Positions 29,564 to 43,603 of a stretch of 64,000 bases of DNA are shown here, piece after piece (within the stretch, counting starts at the first letter, position 1; each line of letters opens with the position of its first letter). The stretch lies in contig CM074806.1 in assembly GCA_037447605.1 (NCBI GenBank), forward strand, positions 4,154,001-4,218,000, given 5' to 3'. Position numbers and translations under genes: made by a program. This stretch comes from Zygnema circumcarinatum SAG 698-1b. Taxonomy: Eukaryota; Plantae; Zygnematophyceae. The notes beneath the pieces were generated by a model that was not told the origin of the DNA, did not search any database, and saw only the letters and a list, made by a program, of their open reading frames with translations.

Positions 29564-32500
29564 CCGCGCGCCACGTGGCGCCCGGACAGCTCTCCCCGCG
29601 CTTCCACGCGGACTGCCACGTGGCCGTTCGGAGAGCCGATTGCGGAGTGCCGCGCCTAGTCAGCCCTAAAACGAGCCAATCGGAGCTTTTGGGGCGGGGG
29701 CAACAAGCATGCTGACGTGGCATCGCGGCTGAGCAGTCTCCCATGTGTCTGGACATGCCAGGATTGGTCTGTACAATCTCTTTGGTCAAGTTCGGTTGCG
29801 GGCGGTCGCGGGCTGCAGCCAATCGCGTGCGCGGCCAGCGCAAGGTCAAATTTGACTTTTGCAATACAAGCTGACGTGGCGTCTCATGACTGGTCGAGGC
29901 CGCAAACGTTTTCTTTTCGAGCCATTTCCGAAATCCTCGTTGGCACCGACAAGTGCCACGTAGCAAAATCCAGAACCATCGTCTATGATTGGCTATTCTC
30001 GTCTGACTCGGATTTCGTCCAGCATCCAACCATAAAACGACAAAAGAGAGATGAGAGTTCCCGTCGAACGGTCAACCCTCCCACTGACATCAATTTTGAC
30101 TTATTTCACCTAATCCAACCAATCACATGCTTGCCGTACCTCCCGATCCTGCCAAATCTGAAAAATTGCGTAGGGTTACCGTACCAGCTGGCCGGCTGCC
30201 ATTGGCGGAGCACTCAGAAGGCCCTTACGGAGCCTGTCGCTTTGCAAAAGGACAAAAGTGGTCGCCATCTGTCCGCTATTTGCTGATCTCAGTGAACCTC
30301 GCTGAACCTCGAATACTGTAGTTTGGAAATAAACTTGACTGCTGCATTCACACCTTTTTTGTCTAGATACACACCTATTTTCGTCGGACAGATTTTATTT
30401 TAGAATAGAAAGTGTTAAAAACCCTAAAAACCCTAAAAACCCTGAAACCCCTGAAACCCCTAAAACCCCCTGCAAGCAGTTCGCGCAACGCGACAGGAGA
30501 GGTCAGGGAGGGTTTTGCTCCTCCAGCATAGTTCTTCGCCTCATCCTATACATTGTTCTCCTTCCAACAAAAACTTGAACAACATGAATGGTGAGCTCAC
30601 GTGCTGGCCAGCTCTAGCGGAAGTTCTAACGATTAGCACTCAGCCGGTGCTGTTGCGCATGTTGCTGGCAATGATGGCTTGCATGGTCCGCAGCAATGTT
30701 GGCTTCTCCCAGAGATCTAATGTCTCTGGCAATGCTTGCGGAAATAAGATGGGTTTTCTGGGTTTTCAACACTTTCTTTTCTAAAATAAAATTTGCTCGG
30801 CGAAAAAAGGTCTGTATCTAGACAAAAAAGGTGTGAAAATAGCAGTCTCCTATTATTTTATAGCAATTGTTTCACGTCTCAAGTTATTTACATTTTACAC
30901 AAAGGCAGGCTCCTACCGAAATGTCGCACTTTATTTCCAAATTCATTTGGAAGGAATACCTGCCAAATGCTACCTCCGTAAGGCTGCGCCACTGTACGTG
31001 CTAAATCGCTGTACCGGTTTCAGTTTCCTGCTACGGCAGGTCAAATTTCCACACTGGCCTCGCCCTCCCTCCCTCCCTCCCTCCTCCCTCCCTCCCTCCC
31101 CTCCCTCTCCCTCTCCCTCTCCCTCTCCCTCTCTCTCCCCCCACCTGCGCGGCCTGCCGCCCGGAGCGCTCCGCGGCCCGCTGCGCGCGCAGGAGGACGG
31201 CCCGCAAGGCCTGAGCGGCCGCCGCCTCCGCCGCCGCCGACATCCGCGCGCCACGTGGCGCCCGGACAGCTCTCCCCGCGCTTCCACGCGGACTGCCACG
31301 TGGCCGTTCGGAGAGCCGATTGCGGAGTGCCGCGCCTAGTCAGCCCTAAAACGAGCCAATCGGAGCTTTTGGGGCGGGGGCAACAAGCATGCTGACGTGG
31401 CATCGCGGCTGAGCAGTCTCCCATGTGTCTGGACATGCCAGGATTGGTCTGTACAATCTCTTTGGTCAAGTTCGGTTGCGGGCGGTCGCGGGCTGCAGCC
31501 AATCGCGTGCGCGGCCAGCGCAAGGTCAAATTTGACTTTTGCAATACAAGCTGACGTGGCGTCTCATGACTGGTCGAGGCCGCAAACGTTTTCTTTTCGA
31601 GCCATTTCCGAAATCCTCGTTGGCACCGACAAGTGCCACGTAGCAAAATCCAGAACCATCGTCTATGATTGGCTATTCTCGTCTGACTCGGATTTCGTCC
31701 AGCATCCAACCATAAAACGACAAAAGAGAGATGAGAGTTCCCGTCGAACGGTCAACCCTCCCACTGACATCAATTTTGACTTATTTCACCTAATCCAACC
31801 AATCACATGCTTGCCGTACCTCCCGATCCTGCCAAATCTGAAAAATTGCGTAGGGTTACCGTACCAGCTGGCCGGCTGCCATTGGCGGAGCACTCAGAAG
31901 GCCCTTACGGAGCCTGTCGCTTTGCAAAAGGACAAAAGTGGTCGCCATCTGTCCGCTATTTGCTGATCTCAGTGAACCTCGCTGAACCTCGAATACTGTA
32001 GTTTGGAAATAAACTTGACTGCTGCATTCACACCTTTTTTGTCTAGATACACACCTATTTTCGTCGGACAGATTTTATTTTAGAATAGAAAGTGTTAAAA
32101 ACCCTAAAAACCCTAAAAACCCTGAAACCCCTGAAACCCCTAAAACCCCCTGCAAGCAGTTCGCGCAACGCGACAGGAGAGGTCAGGGAGGGTTTTGCTC
32201 CTCCAGCATAGTTCTTCGCCTCATCCTATACATTGTTCTCCTTCCAACAAAAACTTGAACAACATGAATGGTGAGCTCACGTGCTGGCCAGCTCTAGCGG
32301 AAGTTCTAACGATTAGCACTCAGCCGGTGCTGTTGCGCATGTTGCTGGCAATGATGGCTTGCATGGTCCGCAGCAATGTTGGCTTCTCCCAGAGATCTAA
32401 TGTCTCTGGCAATGCTTGCGGAAATAAGATGGGTTTTCTGGGTTTTCAACACTTTCTTTTCTAAAATAAAATTTGCTCGGCGAAAAAAGGTCTGTATCTA

Positions 32501-32763
32501 GACAAAAAAGGTGTGAAAATAGCAGTCTCCTATTATTTTATAGCAATTGTTTCACGTCTCAAGTTATTTACATTTTACACAAAGGCAGGCTCCTACCGAA
32601 ATGTCGCACTTTATTTCCAAATTCATTTGGAAGGAATACCTGCCAAATGCTACCTCCGTAAGGCTGCGCCACTGTACGTGCTAAATCGCTGTACCGGTTT
32701 CAGTTTCCTGCTACGGCAGGTCAAATTTCCACACTGGCCTCGCCCTCCCTCCCTCCCTCCCTC
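29404..32763. repeat. 1680-bp tandem duplication with breakpoints in (CCCT)n tracts
   Basis: Identical ORFs at offset 1680 (29717/31397, 30127/31807, 30515/32195, 30793/32473). Duplicates PLPBP exon 1 (29563 and 31243) and its upstream region. No N gap. Confidence 0.93.
30337..30847. mobile_element. Long-TIR (~100 bp) non-autonomous element, MULE/foldback-like
   Basis: 30337-30440 (gactgct..ttcacaccttttttgtctagataca..attttattttagaa..gaaagtgtt..aaaaccc) is an imperfect inverted repeat of 30751-30847. No TSD found. Second copy at 32017-32527 is due to the duplication. Confidence 0.55.
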
Positions 32764-32777
32764 CCTCCCTCCCTCCC

Positions 32778-35700
32778 TCACGCGCGGTAAAACCTCTGAG
32801 CCGCCCCTTTCCGGCTTCCCTGCACAACTCAAATGCAAGAGAAAAGGCCGATAAATTGAAAAAAGATTCGATTGACTGACTGGCCCGAAACTCAACGCAA
32901 TGCCATGCCATGCCACACATGCCACACATGCCATGCCATGCCATGCCATGCCACACCATGCCATGCGAGCGGGGCCCACCAGCTTCTCGTTGAGTTCCTT
33001 CCTCAGGCTGACGAGGTCCGGCTCCGTGCGCCCTCCGACCATGGCCACCGCCGTGAGGCGGAGCTTCTTGGCCTCCTCCTCCCCCCCCCCCTCCCCCCCC
33101 GCCCCCTCGCGCGCCGCCGCCATGTCCGCCAGCGTGAAGGCGACGGCCGGGTGCGGACTGCTTCCGAGAAGCTTCGTCCGCACCGCGCGGGACTTCTCCA
33201 GACACTCCGACGCCTTCGCGTACTCGCCCTGCCACTCGTCAGTTCCAACCGACCCAAACGGTCAGCATCATGCCCACTAAAAGGAATAGTAGAGAGAGAA
33301 TGAGAGAGGGCGAGAGGGAGGGAGAGGGAGGGAGAGAGTTTTCAACAAAAAGCACTTGAAGGGGTCTACATACATACATGATTACAGTATATATATACAG
33401 AAAGAGAAGAGAGCGAGAGAAAGAGAGAGAGAGAGAGGCAGAGGGAGAGAGAGCGAGAGAGCACTCACATTCCTGCTATACACAATGCCGAGAGCATCGA
33501 GCACATCCGCGAGATGAAGGTGCGCCTCGTCCTCATTCGACTCGAGCAGACGGCGCGCCTCCTCCAAATACTTTCTCGACAGGTCCCGCCCTCCTTGGAG
33601 CCAATGAGAGGCCGCCAGGTGTCCCAAAGCCTGCGCTACCTTCACATTCGCTGTGGCCCCAAACGACCGCAGCTTGTCCCGGGCAGCTGCCAAAATTTTC
33701 TGCGCCCGGGCGTGCTGCCCGGCCCGCACCAAACTGAGCCCGAGGAGGAGGGCATACTGCGGCGCGGCCTCCTCCAGGGCCTTGGAACCCTTCGCTATTC
33801 GGAAGCAGTTCTCCGCAAGAATGGGCCCCTTCTCCGCCATAGTAAGCTTGGGGTTATCCATTCCCTCTCCCTCCTCGAGGCCCTCCCACACCTCTCCCGC
33901 TGTCCCTCTCACCTCCCCACTGGCGCCCCTTGCCAGCTCAGCATACACGTGGAGAAGCAGCATTCTCACAGCGTGCTGCTCTGCAATGAACGATGTTCCA
34001 TGCCCTTTGAGCAGTTTCAGTTGAACTAGGAGCAGTTTTTTGCAGTGGTTTAGAAGCGGAGTCCCCTCTTTGTGCCCTCCCCCCATTAGGGCCCATCTGG
34101 TGAAGCTCAGGGTCTCAAGCAGAGAGTCGCTATCTTCCTTTGCCATTTGAATAACAAATGTAAGCATTTTAGCCGCTGCTTTCTGCCGATTTTCCGGAAA
34201 ATGAGCGCTTCCAAAACTGCTAAGTGCGGGTCTCCATTCCGGAGCAATATTAGTGGGAGACATAACGGTCTCTCCCTTAGAGGAAGTCACACTTACAGAG
34301 GAAGGATTGAAGGGGATAGCCTGCTTCATTTCTTGGGGTCTTAGGAAGGTGGTAGGCTTGACTTCGGCGGCTTTGGGAGGAGGAGGAGAAGGAGGAGGAG
34401 CTTTAACAAATACAGAACTGGAAATATTCTTTTGAGGCATAGCCGGACCTTTAACAGTACCCCTGCTTCTTTTATTATTGACATTTTCATCCTCATCTTC
34501 TGAATCCGAGTCACAAAGATTCATGCCTTCGGGTGGTTTCGAATCAAAAGCTGCCCTTGAAAGCGGGTTGCTTCCGACTACATTTCGAGATTTTTCCTGG
34601 ACCTGTAACGGAACAACGGCAGCACGGAAACAGTCATGGAAATGCTGCTGACTGGCAGCGGTCTGATAGAGGCGAAAGTAAAGCTTTGACATCTCTCTGT
34701 ATGAGTGGAGGTCGAGAGAGAGAGTGGGAGTGCTGATCCGTCTTGAGAGAAGGAGGCTCTCCATGTGCACATCTACAGCCAATTCCAACCATTTGCTACC
34801 CCCAAAAGCGAGCCCATTTTCCACCACATAGCTCGCCAAATCCTTCATTCCAAATACAAGCAGACTCTCCTCCCTTTCTTCTGCCGCATAGCCCCCCAAA
34901 GGGCCGGAAATATCCTTTGATGGAAGCTTCTCCGCCCTTCTTGCAAGCTCACTTTGAAGCTCTCTCACTTCAGAAGCAACAGCATCAAGCCCCACTGAGT
35001 TTCCGTACAGCTTGTAATGAAGTCTATGGGCCATAAGAAGGAGCTCAAAATTTGAGCCTGAATATTGCTTTGAGAGCTCTTCGCAGCTTCCGAGAAGCTT
35101 CTCGGCCTGTTCGATCTCCTTCCTTCCAGACCCACTTTGAACCCTAATTGCAAAGGACTTATAGAACAAAAATTCTCTTTGAAATGGTCCAATGGCTTTT
35201 CCGCTTTGAAGGGCATCTTCACACACTTGCAGGGCTTGGATTGGTTGATCTGTTCGAGCCCAAAATTCGGCCAATCGGACTCCAATAATCCAAATTTGAC
35301 CAAAAGTTTCTCGGCTACTTTGGTATAATTCTCGCCTGCCCCAAGCAGCGGCGAAGTGAGGAAAAGTTTCTTCAAAGCAGCGGACCGAAATTAAAATTTT
35401 CAAAACTGCCCGAGCAGCTGCTACAGCTCGGGCTCGTCGGGTTCGAATGTACGTTTGAAAAACGGGATGAAAGAGGAGAGCTCCCGATTGGTTAACTTTC
35501 TTAGCCAAGCCATGGTTGAGAAGGAGGGTTTGAGCTGCTTCTACGTCCTCTCTATGGGTTTGGGAAGTCGAACCTCTGCATTCATTCAGGAAATAGGGAT
35601 AAAAATTCTCTTCAGAAAATATCAACAACAAGAAGTACAATGTCGGGTTGAAAATGACTGCTCTTCATCTTATAGTATTCATTGAGGTGAGTTTTTTCAA

Positions 35701-36021
35701 TGATTGTAGATTTGGGTTGCTATGGGGCGAGTGCTGGTCAATAACTAGTCAAATTAATAAAAATAAGTCAATAACTGAGCCTCCTTCTGTAAGTTGTAGA
35801 AAAATGGGGGCAAGCAGTCTGATCTTTCATGACGATGATGCATGTGACGTCAATATGAAATTACTTGTTTTCAGATACAAGGCAATCTAAATAATGAATA
35901 ATAAATATCTTCACCTTCGTCTTCATATTCAGCTTAATGGAAACATGGTAAATGTTGATGACAAACAATGACGATACACTAACATGTGTGTGCTCCCCCC
36001 CCCTCTCTCTCTCTCTCTCTT

Positions 36022-36081
<60 letters not shown>

Positions 36082-37103
36082 CTTCCTTTTTTTTTGAAGT
36101 GTATGATACTCACAAGAACTTGTTCGCACACTCGCAAAGCAGAGGAAGAGGGATGGGCTGCGGCCCAAACCACCCCCCAACCGCCGCCATGGCCCCTGCA
36201 AGCTCCTTCGCGCTCTCCTCCTCCCGCCCGCATGGCAGGCCCTCTATCCACATGTCGAAAACTGAAGATAGCCTGCATAGAAATACTGAATATGAATGAG
36301 CATGTAAACTCAGTTCTCGACTGTTACATCTTGCATAGATCCACAATAAAGAGAGAAACTGTGCAATAAAGGTGATGAGTTTGGAAGCGAATGTATGGGG
36401 CTCTCGACATGTACATCTGCAAAGAGGAGAAGGAGGAGAGGACTGGTAGAGAGGGAATCCGGCCAAAGGAAAATGAAGGAGATAGGAGGGCGAGGAGTAA
36501 GAAAAGAGAAGGGAGAGGCGTGTGAGAGAGAAAAGAAGTGGGCAAATGTAAAATACACTGTCCAAGGGGACGATTGAGATCCCACAGCTAGCTAGCTATT
36601 CAAACCTTTCACTCACCACGAAGGCTTCAAAAAACATTTTTCGGTCATATTTCCGTTTTTGAGCCCTTCAAACTCTCCCGCCTTCTGCAGTCTGCTCAGC
36701 ACCTTTGAAGCTCCCTCGCCCCTCTTCAAGATCGCTCCCACTGCCTCCAAAGCAAGAGGGTATCCGCTCACTATGGAGACTATCTCCTCTACAACCACAG
36801 AGTCTTCCTCCGCAATGTCAGACTCAGCTGAGATCACCTGCAAGGCGGAGACAGTAAAATTTTCGGACGAGGATTTGAATCCGCTCTCCTTCAAATCAGA
36901 GTGCAGTAAACAAGGAGGAGGGGGAGGGGGAGGGAGAAGGGGAGATGCACCTTCCAGGCTTCCCTTTCGTCCATGAGTCCCAGCTCAAGGACCTCCACTC
37001 CTCTTACATACTTCTCTGTGGTTATTAGCACGTGGCTTGAGCCGGCCTGCAGAGACGTCTCACCACCTGACTCGACTACGTGAGAGAGAGAGGGGAAGAA
37101 GAG

Positions 37104-37144
<41 letters not shown>

Positions 37145-38379
37145 AAAAATGGGGGGAGGAAAGGGGCGGTGGGGGGGGGGGAAGGGTGGGAGGGAGACGG
37201 GGAAGGGGGCGGTAGGAGGGTGGGGAAGGGGCGAGGAGGGATGAGGTTGAAGGGGGAGAAAGGAGGGGGGAGATGGAGAGGGAGAAGGAGAGGGAAATGG
37301 AGGGAGTGGGAGAGGGAGATGGGGAAGGGTGAAAGGGGAAAGGGGCAGACGACAAGACTCCTCCTGAGGAATCATGGGCTTAAGGTGGTTACAGAGAGAC
37401 AGAGTGGAAGGGGGAGTGGGGAAGGGAGAGAAAGAGGGAGAGAGAGAGGGAGACACCTTTGGAATCATGGTTTCGAGAAGGTCCACGTCCCGCACATCGT
37501 CCAGAATTAACAGATATCGCTTTCCTTCCTCGAGGACCCGCCGGACCTGCTTCATCTTCAAGGCTTTACTGCCCTTTTCAGCAACCTTCAACCCCTCCCA
37601 AACCCCAAGTTAAAAAAATATATAAACTTATAATCCAAAAGGATACACATCTTGCAGTGAAGAAAAGTCAACCGCTGTTAAATTTCCTTTTCTCGTCTTT
37701 TCCCTTTTTCTTTTTTTCCCCCCTTTTTTTTTTATTTTTTTGTACCCACCTGGGAGTGGAGCACCATGCGCAAATTCACAAAATTCTGTTCTGCAGCGAC
37801 GGGATTTGCATCCACCCAGAGAATGCCATCGTAATTGGACGCTTGGCCGTATGCGAATTCAAGCGCAATACTCGTTTTCCCAAACCCGCTAGGGCCGTAT
37901 AGGGCCACAACTTTGGCCTGCCATTTGAACATCTTCGAAGTTAAAACCACAACTAGGTTTGTCCTTTTTTATCTCACATAAGAAAGGAGGCAGACATTTC
38001 CCATTAACATTTCTTAATTTTTAAAATCTCCATGATTTTCCGAACTTATTGTAAGGGGTCTCGGGTATTACCCCTTCCATGTGATCAAAACGCTTTTGCC
38101 ACCCCTGAAAGGAGCATTGTAACTGTTCCATGGCCACCTTGTTCCCTACAAATTTTTCTTTTCGGGAGAGCGGGAGGAGGAGAGGAGCGGGAGAGGGAGA
38201 GAGAGGAAGAGTGAGAGGCAGCAAATCTTCGAAGAAATGCGAGAATAGCTCAAATGCCTGGTTGTAGAGGTCGGTGGCAAAGGAATTGATGCTTTTCTGG
38301 TTGAGCCCAGCCATGGAGGAGGGCATTGGGGCGTGGGATAATACGACAACAAATAGACCTGCCTGAACATGAAGAGGAA

Positions 38380-38451
<72 letters not shown>

Positions 38452-39325
38452 TCAGTAAGGAATTCAAAAAACAGGAAGGGACTTGCAGAGTCATCGTAGT
38501 ACTGAGGACCCTCGAGCCTAGAAGCCACTCAGAACATGCATATTCCCCATACAGAAACCTATCCCTTCATGAAACCCCTCCCTCTCCTCCTCCCTCTCCC
38601 TCTCCCTATCCCTCTCCCTCTTCCTCCCTCTCCTTTTTTCCCTCCCCGACATGAGCAACTTGCATGCCCTACCTTGGTTACAGCCTCCCCAATCTCCGCT
38701 CCCATCTCCTTCCACTTCTTGCTGCTCTCTACCTCCCTCATCTCCTCCAAAGGGCCCCTCAGAAACTCCATCGCTTGCAGGAGCTCCATCAGCTCGTACC
38801 GTACAATGGAGGAGCTGCCTATCTTACAAGCCAAGTGGAGGAATTCCACTCCCAAAGCGACTCCTTCTTCCTGCAAAAATCACCCCAAAATAGAATAAGC
38901 CGGCTTCAGTTCTCCAATGACGAGGAAGAGAGAGAGTGGGAGAGAGAAAGCGAGAGAGAGAGGGAGAGAGAGAGAGGGTTTGAAAGGACACTTACCTCAT
39001 CAAGGAGATCTTCCGAACCATCAATAGCACTCTCTACTAAAGTGGCAATGTCTTTCCAGACTGAAGTTTTCTCAGTCAGTAAAGCGGAAAGTACAATCTC
39101 TATGATTCCCATCATTATTTGCTTATCAGTGAGCTCTCCACTCCGCTCGATAAAGTCCTTCACAAGGTCCCCCACTTCTTCTGCTAAATCCGCCGTCCGA
39201 TCCGAATCTTCCAATCCGAGGGGATCTTCAAAGTTTATTTTTGGCTTTTTCACTTCCGAACTTGAGCGAGAAATCATCCTTTGCAAGTTCAATCGGCAGC
39301 TGCTGAAGCATGGAAACCAGTCCAT
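32778..39325 (-). CDS. STAND NTPase: helical N-terminal domain - NB-ARC - TPR repeats, ~1330 aa
   Basis: Exons 39325-38996, 38870-38673, 38362-38072 (LSRKEKFVGN), 37917-37750 (P-loop GPSGFGKTS), ~37586-37457 (Walker B LLILDD), 37046-36951 (HVLITT), 36837-36617 (GYPLAL), 36272-36114 (WFGPQPIPLPLL), 35575-33469 (LFHPVFQ; TPRs), 33228-32980 (TPR GEYAKASECLEKSRAVRTKLLG), 32819-32778. Splice phases agree. Confidence 0.88.
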
Positions 39326-40951
39326 GGTCTGAACAGGAAAAGTTGGAACTGTTCCACTTTTTCGTCCCTTCTACACTTGGTTTTTGCAACTCAGGGATTT
39401 CTTTCCAGATGTTGATTGGTAGATGCTCAAGAAATAAGCCGTAAATGATAGTAAACATAAACTAGCAGATTTCTCCCGCCTATGTGGGACAGTCCAGTCT
39501 GCATCGCAAGAAAGCGGAGCAGTTTAACCAATAAGGACGACGAAAACCACAAATCATGGCTACAATGCAAGGTTGAACTGGTGGTTAATAAGGAACTCTG
39601 CACAACAGGAAAGGAGAGCCTTGCAAGAAATATCACTCGGTTCTCTTGCTCAGAAAAAGAAAACAGAGGAAGATTTTAGAGAGCAGGTAATTCCTGATTC
39701 CCACTTTTGAACATAGCAGGCGAGAAGAATGTGTTGTGAGGACGAACGCACGAGGGGAGAGGGTGTAGAGAGGGAAGAAAAGAACATTGACTGAATCCTC
39801 AACGCTTTCAATCCTAACGAGTTTCCCAAAAAAGGAACATATCGATTGAGTTTGATTCAGCGAAAGGCGAGGGGAACTCAAAAGAGTGGCAGGCTGAGAG
39901 AGAGGGGGGAAGGAGGAAAGGTAAAAGGCTTGCAAACAGTCCAGGATTGGCGCAAATGTGCCACAAGTTGCAACCATGGAAAATGACTTTATGACATTTT
40001 GACTGATTGGCTAACCACTATGACATTCATTCTGCTGCTCCCCTGTGAGATTTCTAGTGTGACCGTACACTCTGAATTACCATGAATTTTTTTCCCACTT
40101 TCCAGTCATATACGCTTGGTTCATACATGGTCAAAGAAGCTTATAGTTGGCCTTACCAACTGTGCTGAATGCAATCCCTTCCAATGCAGGGCTTGAAGAT
40201 TGTAGAGGGTCCACCCCCCCCAAACATGCAATCTGGAAAAGAATGGTTACAACATCCTTCTTTTAGTTTTCAAATTAGACATACGATGTGAGGAAACTCT
40301 ATTAGGTCAAGCAAATGTAGCAACAAACGCTAACATTGAACCACTCACTACCTTGAAAAAGGGAAGGTTTCACTAAGTGCCAACAATGTAAACAACATTT
40401 GAACCCAAAACGAGCAATCTGTGATTGCTCACTGTCATTCTTGGCTTTAAGAAACGAGAATGTCTACAAAGGACGTTAAATGAATGAAATATCGATTGAA
40501 TTAAAGGGGTATTAAGCCATAGAACGGCAAGTCTGCAACTTTGCCCTGTCCATAAGTGGTGATTCCAATGCTGAGGTCAATAAGTGCACTACAATACAAC
40601 AACAGCCACATCACATAGTTTTCAGCACAGCTGTCATCCTCAGGCTACCTGCACCACAAAAGCGTAATTGATGACCGCTTCGTCCCTCCCACCTCTCTCC
40701 CTCCCTCCCACTCTCTACCTCTCCCACTCTCTCTCTCTGCCCTCCCTCTATCCCGGTCCTGCTCGGCCCCTCCCTTCCCCCCTTCGCCTCCTCTCCCCCC
40801 CTCCCTCCCCTCTCCTCTCGCACTGCCACCCTTGACCAAGGAGCTCTCCCTAAAGTCACGGTCCATGACTTTATCGAATGAGCCGCGATGGCACGAGTCC
40901 ACGACGCGGTTATGGAAAGCGCGTTAAGTCAACGGACTGCTTTGACCTACC

Positions 40952-41073
40952 GTACGGTACGGTCTGAATGGTACGGCACCGTACTTTTTTTCGTCCGTAT
41001 TAGGTCGTTATTTTTTCCCGTATACGGGAAAACATCTTACGGTACATTAGTAACGTGTACCCATTTTCAGTAC
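40952..41073. promoter_or_regulatory. GTAC (SBP-box/copper-response core) cluster between the NB-ARC-TPR and NQR genes
   Basis: GTAC at 40952, 40957, 40971, 40981, 41042, 41057 and 41070. Confidence 0.4.
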
Positions 41074-41755
41074 AAGATTTTTCTAGGGTTGACATCCCTA
41101 CGACACTAAGGTGACACGTGGCAAAATATCATTGGTTATGTCCAAGTCATTAAGGTTTTTGTACAACATTTGTCCGTTTGCTCGATGAGCGTCTCTCGCT
41201 TACGTGGCGAAAACACAAATCAGCGCGATCTGTGGTTGGCACCTGATTGGCTGCACAAGATTTGAAAGGTGAAAATATCCTCCCCGGGTGTGCACGTTAC
41301 TCCACTCTTTCAAAAATATTCATTCCAGACTTTGCAAAAATCCAACAACGGTAAAGAGGATTTATTTTTTAAGAACGAGTACAGTGCGGTACTCTTGTTG
41401 CTCTTGTTTCCATATTGTAGGTCTTGTACTCCTGTTACAAACTGTAATTCTCCAAAGTACCCATTTCGTTCTCTACGGAAGCTTTCTCCCTCTCGTCTTT
41501 ACGAACTTTCTGAAGAAGTTCCGAAGTATTTGCAAGTCAGGCCCGCCCCAACAAATTTCAGATCCCATGAATTTTCCCGTCGCCAGTCGTCACCTGGGAA
41601 TGCCGCGTGGCACTCGCCGCCCGTATGACGCCATCCCCGCCAATAGAATGCGTGATGACGTATGCATAGTGCATCGACCTGGTGATCTTACGTCAGCATG
41701 CGGCCCTGGCCCTCGCCCTCGCCCTACTTCGCCGTTCTCTCTCTCTCTCTCTCTC

Positions 41756-41791
<36 letters not shown>

Positions 41792-41889
41792 GCCTCTCTA
41801 TGCCCATCTCTCTCTCTCTCTCTCAACACCTCTGACTCTTCCTCCTCCCTGTTCTCCATTGTGTAGGGGAGCACGCTCACGCAGTTGCC

Positions 41890-43603
<1,714 letters not shown>

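Noticed and set aside
29241-30286. ORFs of 189-262 aa in the PLPBP upstream region (and duplicates at 31041-31966)
   Set aside because: No domain motifs. They run through promoter and low-complexity sequence and recur only because of the duplication.
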